A stretch of 63,740 nt of DNA, filler included, from an uncultured virus (IMG/VR IMGVR_UViG_2061766007_003500) (Duplodnaviria; Heunggongvirae; Uroviricota; Caudoviricetes). It is 13 parts of one record of this genome, joined end to end, with 100 filler letters (N's around TTAATTAATTAA, not from the genome) between each part and the next. Parts side by side here need not be neighbours in the genome. Positions count along the whole stretch, not along the records: positions 43,073 to 50,895 come from IMGVR_UViG_2061766007_003500; positions 50,996 to 51,684 come from IMGVR_UViG_2061766007_003500; positions 51,785 to 55,278 come from IMGVR_UViG_2061766007_003500; positions 55,379 to 63,740 come from IMGVR_UViG_2061766007_003500; 9 more parts are not named here. One strand, written 5' to 3'. Shown here in pieces: positions 46,435 through 58,002 of the stretch. A model generated the notes under the pieces. That model had not been told where the DNA came from. It saw only the letters and a program-made list of their open reading frames with translations, and ran no database searches. Position numbers and translations under genes: made by a program. Numbering within the stretch: position 1 is the first letter of the stretch; every line of letters begins with the position of its first letter.

Positions 46435-46850
46435 NCATCACGCCGTATTTCACCTTAAATCCGTACCATCGGCTCAATTCATTGACAAGGCGGGAATAAG
46501 AGGTGTTTTTTACAGGATACCAATAGGAATACTTTCCCCTTTCTATTTCGGTCTTCCCTTTGAATACGCCTTTATACCTTTCAGGCAAAACGGAGTTTCT
46601 TCCCACCTCGATTATCACGCCGACAATCAAGGTTTCATTCGTATTTACAGCTCTTACAGACATTGCAAAATTTCCTTGCTGATTTGGCATTCCTTTCCCA
46701 ACTTTTGAGAAAGGGAGGCTCTATGCGATGCGGCCTGACCTTCATTGTCGCATACCATCAAAACCTTGCCGTCAGAATCTTTGATTTTCCAAACCTCTTT
46801 GTTGACGGATTGATTCAAATTGTGAATTCCATCTTTTCCAAACGCTGGCA
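46435..46850 (-). CDS. Two small hypothetical genes
   Basis: MPAFGKDG... (GGAGG RBS) and MSVRAVN... overlapping ORFs. Confidence 0.55.
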
Positions 46851-46864
46851 TAAACCCTCCTTTT

Positions 46865-47134
46865 TCAATCCTCTCGCTTCGCGACGACATCGTAAATGCT
46901 GACGACATCGTAAGTCTTTCCGTCTTCAATGAATTCCAAATTCATGCCCTTGACGTAATAAACGTAATCTCCGACGGCCACTCCGAATTTCTTAATATCC
47001 TCGTGCTCTCCGACTCCGACGACAACGCCCTCATACTTTCTTTCCGCCTTCGCCGCCGAAAGAACTATGCCCGATTTCGTGACTTCCTCCTCGACCGCGA
47101 CCTCAACCAAAACCTTGTCCCCTAAAACTTTCAT
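46865..47134 (-). CDS. groES: Co-chaperonin GroES
   Basis: MKVLGDKVLV...TKSGIVL...EGVVVGVG...VAVGDYV...DVVA. Confidence 0.92.
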   Translation of the reverse strand: MKVLGDKVLVEVAVEEEVTKSGIVLSAAKAERKYEGVVVGVGEHEDIKKFGVAVGDYVYYVKGMNLEFIEDGKTYDVVSIYDVVAKRED

Positions 47135-47437
47135 TCATTCCTCCTTCAATTTATTTTCATTTCCATTCAAAACGCACTTATCGTTCAATTCCATCAAAAC
47201 ATCCATAACATCGCCTTCCTCAAGCTCTATTATGCTGTTTTTCGTCAAATAATCAACTTTATTGAGAACGCTTTTCTCAATCTCGTATTTTATAGGCTTG
47301 CCGAATCGCCTTTTCATTTCGATGTATTTTGAATAAATTTTAAACAATTCAAAATAGTCGCGCTCCGCCAACGCCATCCCATCAATGTATGATAACGGAG
47401 AAATATGATACCTTTGCAAGACTTCCGAAAATTTCAT
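47135..47437 (-). CDS. Hypothetical protein
   Basis: GAGG RBS, intact 100-aa ORF. Confidence 0.65.
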   Translation of the reverse strand: MKFSEVLQRYHISPLSYIDGMALAERDYFELFKIYSKYIEMKRRFGKPIKYEIEKSVLNKVDYLTKNSIIELEEGDVMDVLMELNDKCVLNGNENKLKEE

Positions 47438-47468
47438 TCCTCAACTTTCCTTAACTTAAATTTTAGAA

Positions 47469-47867
47469 TCATTTGTACACAAAACTAGCCCATTCATTGT
47501 CATTCAAATCCTTCATCACCATTTTTTTCAATTTATCCAAAAAATCAGGATTCTTTCTCATCTCCTCGTAAACAATGTGATACAACTTGTGCATTTGATT
47601 GTTAAACGCCCTGAAATTGGATTTCTTTAACTTAGTGTAAAAGCGGCTGTCAGTCAACCTGTGGTGGCAATTCCAGGTCTTGGTCAATTTCCGACCGGTC
47701 AACTCATCAACCGCCCTTTCTTTCTTCACGGCATTTCTGAACTCTTTCCAAACGGAAGTCGCCCTGAATTTATCCTTAACCTTGCCATCTATCGAAACGC
47801 CGGAAATAGAGCGTATGAAATCAAGCTCCTCGAATCTTTTCTTGCGTTTCATCTCTTCCCTTGTCAT
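47469..47867 (-). CDS. HNH-type nuclease-like protein
   Basis: WKEFR...WNCHHR...NFRAFNNQMHKLYH; own extended -10 promoter (TGGTATAAT near 47885-47893). Confidence 0.65.
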   Translation of the reverse strand: MTREEMKRKKRFEELDFIRSISGVSIDGKVKDKFRATSVWKEFRNAVKKERAVDELTGRKLTKTWNCHHRLTDSRFYTKLKKSNFRAFNNQMHKLYHIVYEEMRKNPDFLDKLKKMVMKDLNDNEWASFVYK

Positions 47868-47916
47868 AAAATCGCCTCATTCGATTATACCATAAATTTT
47901 AGAAAAAGTCATAAAG

Positions 47917-47952
47917 AAAAAGGCGGGAAATTGAACAAATCAACTCCCCGCC
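47917..47952 (-). terminator. Intrinsic terminator after MTase
   Basis: GGCGGGGAGTTGA-TTTGT-TCAATTTCCCGCC hairpin followed by TTTTT. Confidence 0.8.
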
Positions 47953-48030
47953 CTGGAGGTAAAATGAAAAAATTNNNNNNNNNNNNNNNNNNNNNNNNNN
48001 NNNNNNNNNNNNNNNNNNNNNNNNNNNNNN

Positions 48031-48705
48031 CGTCTATTCTGTTTTTAGCCAATTCAAAGAAATCATCGTTAATCTCGCAACCGATGAATTTCCTGCCAAG
48101 CTCCTTGCAAGCCACGCCGGTCGTGCCGCTTCCCATAAACGGGTCGAAAACTACATCGCCTTCATTCGACGAGTTAAGAATGTGACTTTTGACGAATTCC
48201 AAAGGCTTTACCGTAGGATGTCCGACGCTTCTTTGACTTTGGGACAAAGGCGAGACGTATGCGGTTCTAGCATCATTGTAAGACCTGGGATGAACCAACC
48301 CGGACTCGTGAAAATAAAGGCAATACTCGACATCACTCAAGTATTTGTTGGAAAAGGTCGGAGGAGCGTTAGTCTTGAGCCAGAACAGCAAGTCATAATT
48401 CAACTTCTTTTCATTGACGAAAAAATTCATATATTCGGACACTTGCCGCTTGGCGCACCATAAGTAAATGTTCGCCCTTCTCATTTTATGCCAAACGGCC
48501 TCGCAAAATTCAACAGCGTCAAATTCATTCGCTTGAACGACATTCAAACCTTCATACGATGAAATCAAGTCATTGTTGCCATTCCGCTCGCCAGGTTTTA
48601 CAATGTGCATATTATACGGCGGGTCGGNNNNNNNNNNNNNNNNNNNNNNNNNNNTCCGTCCCGCCAATCTCCCTTGAAAAGGGAAATTCCGCTAGACTCA
48701 AACAA
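48031..48705 (-). CDS. N6-adenine/N4-cytosine DNA methyltransferase (beta class), orphan
   Basis: ISLFKGD, DPPY catalytic motif, HPTVKP, VFDPFMGSGTTG SAM-binding motif, IGCEI. Confidence 0.92.
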
Positions 48706-50895
48706 TTACATCCTCATCGGTCGAACGCGGCTGTTGGGAAAAATACTTAGGCTTGCGTCCGCTGGCCAAGCTTCCTTCAAACGATTCCCATTTTTCCTCG
48801 ACGCGCTTGTCAAGTTCCTCTTCAAGGTCATTCTCTTCAATGTATTTGATAAGAGAATCCCTATCCATAGAAAGGGCGAACGTCTCATCGAATTTCTTTG
48901 ACATCTCTTCGTCGCTCTTGACATACGGCAAAGCGGTAGACATTGAGAATCTCTCCCNNNNNNNNNNNNNNNNNNNNNNNNNNNNNNNNNNNNNNNNNNN
49001 NNNNNNNNNNNNNNNNNNNNNNNNNNNNNNNNNNNCCTTTTCCCATTCGCAAAGTTTCGCGGCGGGAGCGGAAATGTCGCCCGTTTTCGTTCGAATGTCG
49101 AACAAATAGTCAACTCCCGTAGCGATGTTGTCCAGTCCGTAGTCGAACANNNNNNNNNNNNNNNNNNNNNNNNNNNNNNNNNNNNNNNNNNNNNNNNNNN
49201 NNNNNNNNNNNNNNNNNNNNNNNNNNNNNNNNNNNNNNNNNNNNNNNNNNNNNNNNNNNNNNNNNNNNNNNNNNNNNNNNNNNNNNNNNNNNNNNNNNNN
49301 NNNNNNNNNNNNNNNNNNNNNNNNNNNNNNNNNNNNNNNNNNNNNNNNNNNNNNNNNNNNNNNNNNNNNNNNNNNNNNNNNNNNNNNNNNNNNNNNNNNN
49401 NNNNNNNNNNNNNNNNNNNNNNNNNNNNNNNNNNNNNNNNNNNNNNNNNNNNNNNNAAACTGAACATATCGGTATTGTCGCGAATTTGACTTACGATAAT
49501 CAAAAGAATATTCTTATCCTCAAGAACCTTGCAAAGCTGAGGGAAAAACTCTTGGGAAAGATACTTCGCTTTTCCCATGCCGTAAGTACCCTTGTCAAAT
49601 TCCTTTCCTTTTTCCATAACCGCGACGCGCTCATCCGCCCGCTTATCCTGCTCGTCGGAAGTCAAAGCGTCCAAAGAGTCCAAAACATAAACTCCATATT
49701 CATCTTTCTTGAGCGATTCGGCGAATTTGCGGATGCAATAATACGCCTCCTCAACATTCTCAGGAGCGTCGCTTTCAGGCGTGTGGATGTCGAAGCCGTA
49801 AAGGACTTGCGTGTCAAAAGAATAGCCGCGCTCGCAATCGGCGTACATCCATTTGAATTTGTCGCCGTATTTGTAATGGGCGTTTGCGATTATCTCATTG
49901 CACAGAAAAGTATTGTGAGTGACGGTATTGCCGTCAGTGATGTAACAATGGTCAGGGTCGGCCAAATAAATACATTGACAATTTTCCTCGCCAATATAGC
50001 GAATGTCTTTGATTATTTTAGCGTGATGCCATTTCCAATTACATTTTTTAAGTTCTTTATACTTTTCAACATTCGCCATATGTTTTTTAGAAGATGCCAC
50101 CCATTCAGAATTATCTAAACAAACGGTTATTGTGTAAGCATCTTGGCAATAAACTCGTTTTCCATTTTTAATATAAAATGGACTGTTCTTTTTTCTGCAA
50201 AGAGCCATTCCACCCAACGAACGCACCAACTCAGAAATGTCATCGGCAAGTTGTTTAGAAACTGTAGTATATTCCAAACTTCCACCTTTAGTAGAATAAC
50301 CATCCCCATCAAACAATCCTTGAAGAAGTTCAACTCGTTGTTCAATACTGCCTAACAAATAATCCGTTGGAATATGCTTTTCAGAGGACTTTTTATTCAA
50401 ACNNNNNNNNNNGTTGTAATCAACGTCATATTTTTTAACGGCATCCTTAATGAAAATGCAATCGGACGGTATCGAAACATCGATGGAATCAAGCCATTTG
50501 TTAAACTCGCTTTCCACGAATTCGCGCTTTGAGCCGTTTCCGTATTTAAAAAATCCAAATTTCACTCCAAGGCGATGAATATTCACGTATGAATAATTTA
50601 TTCCTTTTTTTAAGCATTTCTCAAGAATCTCTTTTTGACTCATACCCATATCGACATCTCCTTAACGNNNNNNNNNNTAATAGAATGCGTTATAGCGTTG
50701 TTTCGTTTATCTTCTCTTGATACCATCTGATGATTTTTCATTTGGGAAACGATTTTTTCTGCCTTTTTGATTACATCCCTTTCGCTGTTACTAAAAGTCA
50801 CAACCCCATTCTCAGCCTCAGTAAGAGAACCATCAGCAATCAATATTCCCAACAACCAAGGGCGAATCGGCAATTTCTTTTCAGAAAATTCAACC
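48698..50895 (-). CDS. RecA/UvsX-like recombinase containing an intein (N-terminus missing)
   Basis: After the intein: TFLCNEIIANA, YADCE, Walker B VLDSLDAL, IIVSQIRDN, FDYGLDN. Confidence 0.85.
49912..50895 (-). mobile_element. Intein with LAGLIDADG homing endonuclease (partial)
   Basis: PWLLGILIADGS and LLQGLFDGDG blocks; C-terminal CQCIYL...YIT...VTHN followed by Thr+1. Visibly more AT-rich than the extein. Confidence 0.9.
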
Positions 50896-50995
50896 NNNNN
50901 NNNNNNNNNNNNNNNNNNNNNNNNNNNNNNNNNNNNNNNTTAATTAATTAANNNNNNNNNNNNNNNNNNNNNNNNNNNNNNNNNNNNNNNNNNNN

Positions 50996-51613
50996 TCCGA
51001 AAGCGTCAGGCTCTACGAATTTATGACCGTTAAATGTCTGCTCATTTCCCAAAAAGCGGATTGTACGCCCATTCTCCCAATCGTGAATGTCAACCTTCTC
51101 TCCGGTCGCCTCATCCATTTCAAAAGCGGCGGCGGCGTTGATTTTTTGTTCGACCGATTTGTAACCGGTGTCCCAATATCCGAATTTATTGTTATTCAAA
51201 TCGTGAACAAGGTAAACCACTCTTCTGCGGGCGTATAAGGCCGTAGAAGCTTGCTTTCCTTCATCCGTTCCAAGATTTCTAAGTCTATTGGACTCGTTGC
51301 AAAGAGGGCAATTCTTTCCGAATTGGCGAAGGCACGGAATGTTGCGGTGAGAGGGACCGATGTCCTTGTGAACGTAAACATCCAATGAATACAATCCATC
51401 GCCTTCTTCGGCTTGTCCCGTCACTACCAACGGGTGGGTTTTTCCGGCATTGTAAGGAATGATGTCGATTTTGTTCGGTCCTGCGGACGGCTTCCACTTT
51501 TCCAAACCTGAGGGCGAAATGAAGTCCTGGAAACCAGCTCCTCCAAAACGATTGCCGGAATCGCTCGCGCCAACTTCGTGAGCGATTTTACTGATTGGTT
51601 TTTTGTTAAACAT
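50996..51613 (-). CDS. Single-stranded DNA-binding protein, T4 gp32-like (partial)
   Basis: WKP..G...IIP, VH...C....CPLC zinc site, ARRRVVYLV, G..I.F. Confidence 0.75.
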
Positions 51614-51784
51614 ACTTTACTCCTTTGGCGCATAGGCCACGTTGTATTTAACCGTTACTTTTATTATAGAATTTTAATTTTGCGNNNNNNNNNNNNNNNN
51701 NNNNNNNNNNNNNNNNNNNNNNNNNNNNTTAATTAATTAANNNNNNNNNNNNNNNNNNNNNNNNNNNNNNNNNNNNNNNNNNNN

Positions 51785-53649
51785 TTTCGGTCAAGCTTTA
51801 TCGGAATGGAAACATCCTTTACGCTCTTATTCCAAATGAAGCAATGCTCCGGACAATTTCCAAATTTATCGGAATTACCGCCCTCCTCCTTGCACCTTCC
51901 TAAATAACCATCATTCACATCCCGCGAGGCGAATACTCTGAACGTCTTCTCGGAGTATCTTTTGCCGTTGTGCATGGCGTATAGGTAAGACTTCGACACT
52001 TTAAATACCATTTGAAACTTTATGAACTCATTGCAATTGTTTATAGTATCCTCAACCGGAATATCCTCGGAAACGTAACGGACTATGGCCTCGTTCACTA
52101 TAGGCAAGTCAAAGTCTATGTCGGAAAGCTCCTTGACGTAAACGCCCTTGCGCTCCAACTTCAACTTAGAATCGGGAGAGTCGTTGTGAAATACGAAAAC
52201 ATAATTGTTGACATCCTTTTGAATGATTCTATCCAACATATCCTCCCCCAATCCCATCTTGGTTCTTTGAACCCATTCATTGCAAATATGCCGCATCCAC
52301 TTCTCGGACTTAGGCTCGTCATCAATCCAAACGATAATGCCATCGGTATTCGACTGCAACAACTTCATATGGTCGCCCATAACCTCAAGCTTCTCAAGCA
52401 AGTCCAACAAGAGAAGCTGTCCGTTAATGCAAATGTTATTCGCTTGCACGGGGTCAAAGGCCGAGCTGTTCTTATCCTTAGTTATGCCGTACTGCGCGTT
52501 CAATATTATCTTGTAGGGGGCCTGTTCCTTCTTCTTTCCAGCTTTCTTCAATGCTACGCGGGTATCATAAACGTTCTTGAATCTTTCAGGGTCTTCGCAA
52601 TTCCTGGTAAGCATTTTATACTCAATCATCAAACTTGGATAGAAACTAGTCACATCCAAATGATACAACTTTCCGGTAGCGTGAATCGGAACTTCCGGAG
52701 CGCCGTGCACCCCTCCCCAAGCGAATTTATGCGGAACGCCGCATACGTTCGTAACGAATGCCGTCTTGCTATTCTTATCCTTGCGGACTTGAACGCCTTT
52801 TGAAAGAATGTCTTTATATTCGGGATTGTTGGGAAGCTCGGCCTTGTAATCCTTCATTTTTGAAATTTCCTTGAACCAATCTTGGACGTATTTATACTTG
52901 TCCAACTTCAAAGTCGGAACAAATCGAATTGAGAATTCATCATCGTGCTCCTTTCTTTTGCACCCTACAATCAAGGCCGTAAGCTGTCCCTTGGTCTTAG
53001 CGATGCACTTCAAATCCAAGTCGAACATGTCTATCAAGTTCATACTTGAATCAAAGTCATTCACCCGCCGCGTAAACACCTCTATAGTCTGCTCGACATC
53101 GTGAATGCAGTATTTGGCGGTTTGCTNNNNNNNNNNNNTCGAATGGAACTTCCGTCTCCTCAATCGAATTTCCCATAAACGCCTCCAATGTTTTTAAGCT
53201 TGGAGGATTGGCGATATGCGCCATCACATCGAAACTCAACAATTCGACTTTGTCAAATTCCTTGCTGATTTCATAAACCGGAACGCCTTCCACAATTATT
53301 TTGTCGGATATTTCCTTTGGGTTCATTCCCAACAAAATGCCTTTAAGAATCGGAACGTCATAATGCAAGTTGTTGTAACCCGTCCAAATCATCTTCAAAT
53401 GCTCGCGCCAATACTTTCTTAACTTCGCGGAATCATTGACTATCAAATCCTTCGTTCCATTTATAGGGTCNNNNNNNNNNNNNNNNNNNNNNNNNNCGGA
53501 AACCTTTCCTTCGTAAAAAACGGATTGTCAAATGTGTAAAAACTTCGGCTCATTTTGACGATGTCATTCGGGTCGAATTTAACATCCTCTTGAATTTTAG
53601 GAGCGACTTTTTTGGGAGCGGTCTCCAAGTCGCTGACATCAAATATCAC
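51785..53649 (-). CDS. Family-B DNA polymerase with 3'-5' exonuclease (gapped)
   Basis: Exonuclease motifs GYNNLHYD and YCIHDV; polymerase motifs DVTSFYPS, KIILNAQYG, SNTDG. Confidence 0.92.
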
Positions 53650-53658
53650 TTTGCCCTC

Positions 53659-54378
53659 CTAGAAACTTTTCATACAGATTGTTTTTATTATAGNNNNNNN
53701 NNNNNNNNNNNNNNNNNNNNNNNNNNNNNNNNNNNNNNNAATTTTATTTCTTACTTGAGGATTCGAGGCTTTGTCAAATCGCTCGTGCTCATACGGACTC
53801 AAACAATTTATGTCGGGATTTACTCCAGGCAAAATCCAATCGACGCCATCCTTGCGGCTCGNNNNNNNNNNNNNNNNNNNNNNNNNNNNNNNNNNNNNNN
53901 NNNNNNGTCGGATAATGTCATCCGTCAACTTGGCCTTGTTGAAATCATCCCTGACATGTTTCAACAATGATATTGGATTGCTGACTCGATTTCCATCTTT
54001 TACTTTAATGCAATCTATGTCCAAAAGACGCAATACAATTTTATCGGTCTCATCCAATCTTTGAGGGAGCATTATACCCTTATCCCACCACCCCATCCTT
54101 CGCCTTAACAAGCCTTCCAAATAATACTCCAAATTTCTTTCAGAGAGCTCATTGCCTTTCAATTCAACTAATTTTGGAAATTTTTCATAAACCGTAAAAG
54201 TAAACGCCCCCGGCTTTACAACCGGAAAAACGACCATGTCAAAAAAGTCAATCAATCGAGGATACCAATATCTCAACTCGCCGGAATTCATATTCACGGC
54301 GTCGGTATTCTTTTTCCTAGTTTCGTGCAAATATCCTCGGACGCTAAGTCCGGTCCGGTCTTTCTCAAATTCATTCAA
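53659..54378 (-). CDS. Hypothetical protein (gapped)
   Basis: Long open frame between the polymerase and clamp loader genes. Confidence 0.55.
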   Translation of the reverse strand: MNEFEKDRTGLSVRGYLHETRKKNTDAVNMNSGELRYWYPRLIDFFDMVVFPVVKPGAFTFTVYEKFPKLVELKGNELSERNLEYYLEGLLRRRMGWWDKGIMLPQRLDETDKIVLRLLDIDCIKVKDGNRVSNPISLLKHVRDDFNKAKLTDDIIRXXXXXXXXXXXXXXXXSRKDGVDWILPGVNPDINCLSPYEHERFDKASNPQVRNKIXXXXXXXXXXXXXXXXIIKTICMKSF

Positions 54379-54503
54379 AATCGGCCTATGATTACAATAA
54401 ACCTCTTTCTTTTTATAAATGAATTTTTTTTCAAAAGACNNNNNNNNNNCTTGTTTATGCTCAAGTCGGATTGAATGTCAAAATCGTCCGTCAAATTCAT
54501 AAG

Positions 54504-55278
54504 TTATCCTTGCATATAAGAAACGAAGTCCAACAAGCCGACCATAATGCCAAACTTGCCATTTTTATAACAATCTACATTACTAAACACTTGTATCATA
54601 CCAACGGCGGCATCGTTCATGCCTTTCTTCAATACGGCGTTGGCGTACCCCATAATGACTTGTCTTACACTTTCGGAATTGGAAGCGAGCTCATCTTTCA
54701 AGCTTTCAAGACACTCCATGTATTTAGCCCAACCTTCTTGCTTCAACAATGCCCGGCAAAGATTGATGACTTCGGGATTGTCAGAGTCAAAAACGTTGGT
54801 TTCCAAGAAATTCTTTCGCTCCTCATCAGTCTCCAAATAAAGCACCGAGCCTAAAATTTTCAAGCCCTTGCGAGAGGAGCCATCCGACAAGTCGGCGATT
54901 TTATGCAACAAGTCTTGGTCGATTTTAACGCCCTCTTTGTGAGCGACCCGCCTTAAAAGCATGAACATAGTGTTGTGGTCGAGCGGCTTGNNNNNNNNNN
55001 NNNNNNNNNNNNNTGGATTAATTTCTCCGGATTAGTGGTACAAAGAAAGAAAAAGCAACTTTCAGGGCACTCTTCAAGAATCTTCAACAAAGCGTTTTGG
55101 CTCGCCGACGTTTGCTGGTGCATTTCGTCCAAAATGTAAACATTCTTCGAGCCTCCGACCGGAGCGTAGCGAATTTGCTCCGATATTTCACGAACGGTAT
55201 CCACGCCTCTATTCTCGGCGGAATTCAATTCGTGTATGGTGAGCTCATTTCCGCCTACTATTTTGGCGAAAATTCTGG
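54504..55278 (-). CDS. Clamp-loader AAA+ subunit (DnaX/RFC-like), partial
   Basis: ELNSAENRGVDTVR, VYILDEMH, QNALLKILEE, FLCTT, SDGSSR. Confidence 0.88.
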
Positions 55279-55380
55279 NNNNNNNNNNNNNNNNNNNNNN
55301 NNNNNNNNNNNNNNNNNNNNNNTTAATTAATTAANNNNNNNNNNNNNNNNNNNNNNNNNNNNNNNNNNNNNNNNNNNNCT

Positions 55381-56412
55381 TTAAATGATATTGCTGAACA
55401 TTTTCCAAGCATTGTCGCGCTCAAGAATCACCATCACCGACTCTCCGCGCTCAGTAAGGCGGAATTTATCGAACAGCGACTGGCTGTCTTGAAGCATCGA
55501 TACGTCAAGAACCAATTCAAACGGCTTTTCGGAAGTGATGTCGTTGACGAACTCTTCGTATTCTCCCGACAATCTTTTGGAAAGAACCGAAGTTCCATCT
55601 TGTCCGATTTTAAGGGTTACGGTAGAATGGCCGTCCGACTCGCCAGAAAAAATTGACGCGCGATTTACCGATTCGTAGAACGCCTTGCTGAAAGTAGATG
55701 TCAAAGAAGCGTCGGCCTCCAAATTAGACTTCAAAACGCCTTCAACTTTGTCAAACGGAAACAAATCCAAATCCAAGCATCGAACTGAAAATACGGTTTC
55801 ATCGCTGGATTTAAATTGAAGCCACATCTTGTTCATTNNNNNNNNNNNNNNNNNNNNTTTCAACAATTCCGAAACGGCATCCTTCGCAATCCAAAAATCA
55901 GGAAACGCGTCGCCCGTCTTGCAGGCGTTGATTATGTAACTGTCAGTCGAAATGAATGTTCCGACTTTATGGCATAAACCGGCGAACTTGGAGTTGTTTT
56001 TCGGCATCGAGCAAATTTTAAGAACCTCTTGAAATTTTTTGCCGTCAATCTTGNNNNNNNNNNNNNNNNNNNNNNNNNNNNNNCCGCTCGTGAATTTGAG
56101 CGGACGGAAGCAGGTTGATTTTTACCTTAATTTTGTCGCTGCGAATTACCCAATGCTCGCCTTCCGCCGAAATGTCAATCTCATCGTTCGGAAGCTTCAC
56201 AAGGCAGTTGTAAAAATCCTTTCCCTTTACCACTCCCTGCAAGTCCATTTGCTGGGAATTCGCCACATCCACCGAAATCGCGGAATTGTAAGAATAAATG
56301 TGATTATTCTTAAACACCGCCGTATCGGCGCCCTCAAGNNNNNNNNNNNNNNNNNNNNNNNNNGCAAAACTTTCTCAACGTCTTTGATAAGTTTGATTTT
56401 GTTTATTTTCAT
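55381..56412 (-). CDS. Sliding clamp (DnaN beta-clamp-like), gapped
   Basis: About 340 aa, MKINKIKLIKDVEKV start, repeated alpha/beta pattern, FP..EGV...F..SVNRASIF; TTTACG-N17-TATAAT promoter upstream. Confidence 0.65.
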
Positions 56413-56549
56413 GTTTACTCCTTGCCTAAAATTATAGAAATTGAAAATCAGAACGTAAAATCCAATTCCTCANNNNNNNNNNNNNNNNNNNNNNNNNNNN
56501 NNNNNNNNNNNNNNNNNNNNNNNNNNNNNNNNNNNNNNNNNNNNNNNNT

Positions 56550-57205
56550 TGGGAAGCCTCGACAAAGAGCGGAATTTTCCCCGCTCCATTCCGAATCTAA
56601 GCCAATTCAAAAAGTTGCCCTCCAATTTGTCGGAGTCCTTATGCGATAAAAGATAATGAAACGGCGTGACTACGTAATTGCCGCCGGTTTTCGCCGACAG
56701 CGATGTTAACAAATACTTGTCAAAATCCTCAAGAGGGTTGCCGCCATCGCAATTTAAAACGAACTCATCGTATTCCGATGGAAACGCCGACTTTAAATTC
56801 GACAGCCATCGGGTGAAGTNNNNNNNNNNNNNNNNNNNNNNNNNNNNNNNNNNNNAATCTTTTCTTGCATATTCTCTCTCCGACCGCCTCAATGGAACGG
56901 GAGCAAGTTTTCTTTATTTTGTCTATCGCCTCCTCGCTGGCGTACTCCAAGTATTTCTTCGGAGGATTTATGAAATTCAAAAAGTGGCTGNNNNNNNNNN
57001 NNNNNNNNNNNNNNNNNNNNNNNNNNNNNNNNNNNNNNNNNNNNNNNNNNNNNNNNNNNNNNNNNNNNNNNNNNNNNNNNNNNGCTTGTTGAACGGCATA
57101 TATTCGCGCCTCGCCGACAAGAAGCTGTTGTCGACGCTTTTCATTATTAGATTCTTGACCTCCTGCCAATTTCCCTTGACGGCCTTTATCTTGTCAAATA
57201 CGCCA
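56550..57205 (-). CDS. Hypothetical protein fragments
   Basis: Open frames between gaps; no motif recognised. Confidence 0.4.
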
Positions 57206-58002
57206 NNNNNNNNNNNNNNNNNNNNNNNNNNNNNNNNNNNNNNNNNNNNNNNNNNNNNNNNNNNNNNNNNNNNNNNNNNNNNNNNNNNNNNNNNNNNNNN
57301 NNNNNNNNNNNNNNNNNNNNNNNNNNNNNNNNNNNNNNNNNNNNNNNNNNNNNNNNNNNNNNNNNNNNNNNNNNNNNNNNNNNNNNNNNNNNNNNNNNNN
57401 NNNNNNNNNNNNNNNNNNNNNNNNNNNNNNNNNNNNNNNNNNNNNNNNNNNNNNNNNNNNNNNNNNNNNNNNNNNNNNNNNNNNNNNNNNNNNNNNNNNN
57501 NNNNNNNNNNNNNNNNNNNNNNNNNNNNNNNNNNNNNNNNNNNNNNNNNNNNNNNNNNNNNNNNNNNNNNNNNNNNNNNNNNNNNNNNNNNNNNNNNNNN
57601 NNNNNNNNNNNNNNNNNNNNNNNNNNNNNNNNNNNNNNNNNNNNNNNNNNNNNNNNNNNNNNNNNNNNNNNNNNNNNNNNNNNNNNNNNNNNNNNNNNNN
57701 NNNNNNNNNNNNNNNNNNNNNNNNNNNNNNNNNNNNNNNNNNNNNNNNNNNNNNNNNNNNNNNNNNNNNNNNNNNNNNNNNNNNNNNNNNNNNNNNNNNN
57801 NNNNNNNNNNNNNNNNNNNNNNNNNNNNNNNNNNNNNNNNNNNNNNNNNNNNNNNNNNNNNNNNNNNNNNNNNNNNNNNNNNNNNNNNNNNNNNNNNNNN
57901 NNNNNNNNNNNNNNNNNNNNNNNNNNNNNNNNNNNNNNNNNNNNNNNNNNNNNNNNNNNNNNNNNNNNNNNNNNNNNNNNNNNNNNNNNNNNNNNNNNNN
58001 NN

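Larger units (their letters stand above)
3601..55334. other. Twelve artificial scaffold linkers (TTAATTAATTAA flanked by N runs)
   Basis: Identical all-frame-stop 12-mer inside N runs at 3601, 6848, 7782, 9853, 11646, 16159, 27823, 37622, 43017, 50940, 51729 and 55323. Confidence 0.97.

Noticed and set aside
50413..50667. Unrelated ORF start (MGMSQKEILEK..., own RBS) apparently nested inside the intein
   Set aside because: Bounded by two 10-N gaps; probably a misplaced contig rather than a gene within the intein. Long reads would settle it.
40396..53649. Apparent split or frameshifted sheath, sigma, RecA and PolB genes
   Set aside because: Every frame change coincides with an N gap of estimated length, so there is no evidence for programmed frameshifts, introns or pseudogenes.
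3601..55334. TTAATTAATTAA repeated 12 times
   Set aside because: Always centred in N runs and stops all six frames, so it is a concatenation linker and not a biological repeat or CRISPR.
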